Below, piece after piece: positions 61,492-64,000 of a stretch of DNA of 64,000 nucleotides (its first letter is position 1; every line of letters begins with the position of its first letter). The notes under the pieces were generated by a model that was given only the letters and a program-made list of their open reading frames with translations, was not told the DNA's origin and searched no databases. Source of the stretch: Verrucomicrobiota bacterium (lineage in GTDB: Bacteria > Verrucomicrobiota > Verrucomicrobiia > Opitutales > Seribacteraceae); assembly GCA_027622665.1 (NCBI GenBank), contig JAQBYT010000001.1, forward strand, positions 384,001 to 448,000, given 5' to 3'. Position numbers and translations under genes: made by a program.

Positions 61492-62970
61492 ATGCAACTA
61501 ACCAACTATGGATTCATCGAGTCCCGAGGTAACTATATCTCGGCTCGAGCCAACTACGAACGTCCCATGGAACGCCTTTCCACGGGACTCAAAATCAATC
61601 ATTCCCGCGATGACGTGGGGGCTTTGGGCAAGTCTGCCCTTCAGCGTATCGAAAACACAAAAGTCGGGACTTTGCGCACCAACCTGCAAAACGCCTTGAG
61701 TTATACCAAGACTCAAGACGGCGCTTTGGAGAAAGTCGGCCGAATTTACGAACGCATGGAGACTTTGGCGCTCAAGGCGATGGACGTTACCTTCGACGAT
61801 CGGTCCAGAAGTGATTTGAACGATGAATATCAAACGCTGGAGGAGCAACTCTCCGGTCTTTTGAAGCAAAAGTTCAACGGCATTTCCCTTTTTACCAAGG
61901 CGACCGGATGTACGGAACCCGAGGTGACGGAATTGGAGGCCAGCTTCGATGCGGGACTTAATGAAACATTACCCCCAACTATTCCTGCCGTTGGGGTTAA
62001 AACGCAGGCAAACCCCGATCGATGGATCGCCACGCAGGATGTCGATACTACCGATGGAACCCTTACCTTGGACGTGAATGGAGGAAGAGCTTCCGAAAGG
62101 TATATCGTCAAGCAAGGGACGACCACGATCTTTGACACGGGTTGGTGGGCGACCAATGGTTCCGCTTATACTCATGACTTAGATCGATTTGTAATCGACT
62201 TCGGCAAGGGCAAGCCAACCACGTTCGAGTTTGTTCCTCGGGATACAGGTAATTCTACTACTGACAATACCCCTGACGGAGCTTTCAACAATGAGAGCTT
62301 TAACCTTAAAGGCGGCGGTGGCCCTTCTGGCTACTTGTTGCAACTGGGAGAAGGCTCGACGGCAGGTCTTCTTGGGAAAAAATATACAACAAGCGGTGGA
62401 CCGGTGACTCAAGGTCAGGTTGCGATAACACCGGCCCCGGGCGACAGTACGGAACTGACGATTGAGGTTCAATCCACGAGCTTGTTTCAAGCGGCTGCAG
62501 ACTTCAAAGGTGTCAAAATAATAGAGCCCGTGGAAGTTCCGGCATTAGAGGTCGTTGTCAACGAAGCTGGAGATATCGCGCGTTTCGAAGCCTTGGGGTT
62601 CAGTCGTCTATCCGGTACCGATATTACTACACGAGATAATGCGCAAGCAGTGCTTGAGCGTCTTCTCGGAGAGAACGGCGAAGCTACCGAGCACGGAGAA
62701 GTTCATTGCTTGGTGAATGGCCAAAGAGGTGAAATCGCCAAGAGTATGCGTCGTATGGAGTTGGAAATCGAAAGACTCGAAAACAAAACGATCAGCGGTG
62801 AAAAAACGCTTGGCCGCATAGAAGATGCCCACATGGCCAAAGAAGCGACCAAGTTTGCCAAGCAGTCTCTCAAGATGGAACTGGCCGCAAACATAATGTC
62901 TCGTGTAACTAGACTAACAGACGTGCTTTTGCCCTTGGTCACCCAACGAGTAGGTGGTCCCGGCTTGTAA
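61492..62970 (+). CDS. Divergent flagellin with beta-rich central domain
   Basis: ERLSTGLKINHSRDD, NLQNALSYTKTQDGAL, KFNGISLF; C-terminal GRIEDAHMAKEATKF. Confidence 0.9.
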   Translation: MQLTNYGFIESRGNYISARANYERPMERLSTGLKINHSRDDVGALGKSALQRIENTKVGTLRTNLQNALSYTKTQDGALEKVGRIYERMETLALKAMDVTFDDRSRSDLNDEYQTLEEQLSGLLKQKFNGISLFTKATGCTEPEVTELEASFDAGLNETLPPTIPAVGVKTQANPDRWIATQDVDTTDGTLTLDVNGGRASERYIVKQGTTTIFDTGWWATNGSAYTHDLDRFVIDFGKGKPTTFEFVPRDTGNSTTDNTPDGAFNNESFNLKGGGGPSGYLLQLGEGSTAGLLGKKYTTSGGPVTQGQVAITPAPGDSTELTIEVQSTSLFQAAADFKGVKIIEPVEVPALEVVVNEAGDIARFEALGFSRLSGTDITTRDNAQAVLERLLGENGEATEHGEVHCLVNGQRGEIAKSMRRMELEIERLENKTISGEKTLGRIEDAHMAKEATKFAKQSLKMELAANIMSRVTRLTDVLLPLVTQRVGGPGL

Positions 62971-63192
62971 ATAATATTCAGGAAATAGGAGCCGAAGCAG
63001 TATTTCCGGCGAAGTCGTGAGTCGGTTTTGAAATTGTCCGCATATGAGATATAGCCAGTCGAACTTAGCTCGCACTGCCCACCAAGCTGCTTGTTAAGCC
63101 ATACATACTAACCAATAATCTTTAACAAAGAAATCAGTTTATTAGAAATAGGTTTAGCGAGGAACGAACCTTCTACCCAAAGGATATGAACG

Positions 63193-64000
63193 ATGATTAG
63201 TGACCAAATCAACATGCATATTGCCAGAGAGTTGGGAACTTTGGATCGTGAGCATCGAGTTCACGTGAAGAAGCTTTCAACTGGCAAGCGCATACTTGCG
63301 CCCGGAGACGATGCGGGTGGCTACTCCTTGGCCGTGAAGCATGGAAGTGCCGCAAGGCGAACCCAAGCGATGCTGACCAATCTGCAAAACGTCCTTTCCT
63401 ACGCCCAAACCCAAGACGGAGTTTTGACTAGCGTTGGAAAGGTTTACAAGCGAATGGACGAACTTACCGCTATGGCGATGGATCCGACTAAAACCGATTC
63501 CGACCGTGCTTTATATAACAAGGAATTCCAAGAGTTGCGCGACATGGCAGTTCGGGCGAACGGTGAGGATTTCAACGGACTTCGCCTTTTCCGAGGGAAG
63601 CTATATGAGCTTGTTGACAAGGGGATGAAAATCAATTGGACCGACTCGAAGGCAGAGGTCGATGCACTGGACGCCGGAGATGCAAACAACACCTATTACT
63701 TGGCAACCATTACCTCTGAAACCGAGCAAGCGGAGGTTGGCCTACAGATCGGAGACGTCGGCATCAATGCTTGGCTCGGAGGAAATGATACTGCTGTTGA
63801 AGGGGAATGGAGGTGGACCGAAGGTCCCGAAGGCTTGGAGGATGGAGGCCAAGGCAGGCAGTTTTGGCAGGGCCAATCCAATGGCTCTGGCGTAAACGGT
63901 TCCTTTGAAAATTGGGGCGGCCGAGAACCAAATGATTCTGGGAACGAGGACTACCTTCAAATTAGCCAAGCTTCTAACCCCGTTGCCTCTTGGAACGATT
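63193..64000 (+). CDS. Flagellin with C-type lectin domain in the variable region (3' truncated by window; absent from ORF track)
   Basis: Manual translation: MISDQINMHIARELG...KKLSTGKRI...DDAGG...NLQNVLSYAQTQDG...FNGLRLF, then YELV..INWTDSK..YLATITSETEQ..AWLGGNDTAVEGEWRW..FENWGGREPNDSGNEDY..WND; AAGGA SD 8 nt upstream. Confidence 0.9.
   Translation, partial: MISDQINMHIARELGTLDREHRVHVKKLSTGKRILAPGDDAGGYSLAVKHGSAARRTQAMLTNLQNVLSYAQTQDGVLTSVGKVYKRMDELTAMAMDPTKTDSDRALYNKEFQELRDMAVRANGEDFNGLRLFRGKLYELVDKGMKINWTDSKAEVDALDAGDANNTYYLATITSETEQAEVGLQIGDVGINAWLGGNDTAVEGEWRWTEGPEGLEDGGQGRQFWQGQSNGSGVNGSFENWGGREPNDSGNEDYLQISQASNPVASWND

Overview
Bacterial chromosomal window, most consistent with a marine Verrucomicrobiota (Opitutales-like) genome. 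The taxonomy is inferred from the Amuc_1098-1102-type pilus cluster and the Trp-rich C-terminal modules. From left to right: the end of a phosphoglucomutase, a lipoyl-less 2-oxoacid dehydrogenase E2, a NUDIX hydrolase, and a five-gene PilM/N-O-secretin cluster. Two translationally coupled giant surface proteins (4457 and 3984 aa) follow, then GT4 glycosyltransferases and a pseudopilin. Next is a housekeeping block (hisF, rho, metG, hisC, RNA methyltransferases, oleC/oleD, trxB, tatD, SulP), and finally a sigma28-driven flagellin locus. Main highlights: (1) about 55 hand-counted D/E-X-N-X-S/T bacterial N-glycosylation sequons in the 4457-aa protein; (2) nested 'domain-inside-domain' architecture in both giants, including one beta-sandwich apparently split by about 1870 aa; (3) a flagellin carrying an EPN/WND C-type lectin domain, missed by the ORF track because it runs off the window; (4) an ~800-nt sigma28 leader with seven GGA-loop (CsrA-type) hairpins and a duplicated, decayed flagellin start. 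All assignments are from motif recognition by eye; no searches were run.
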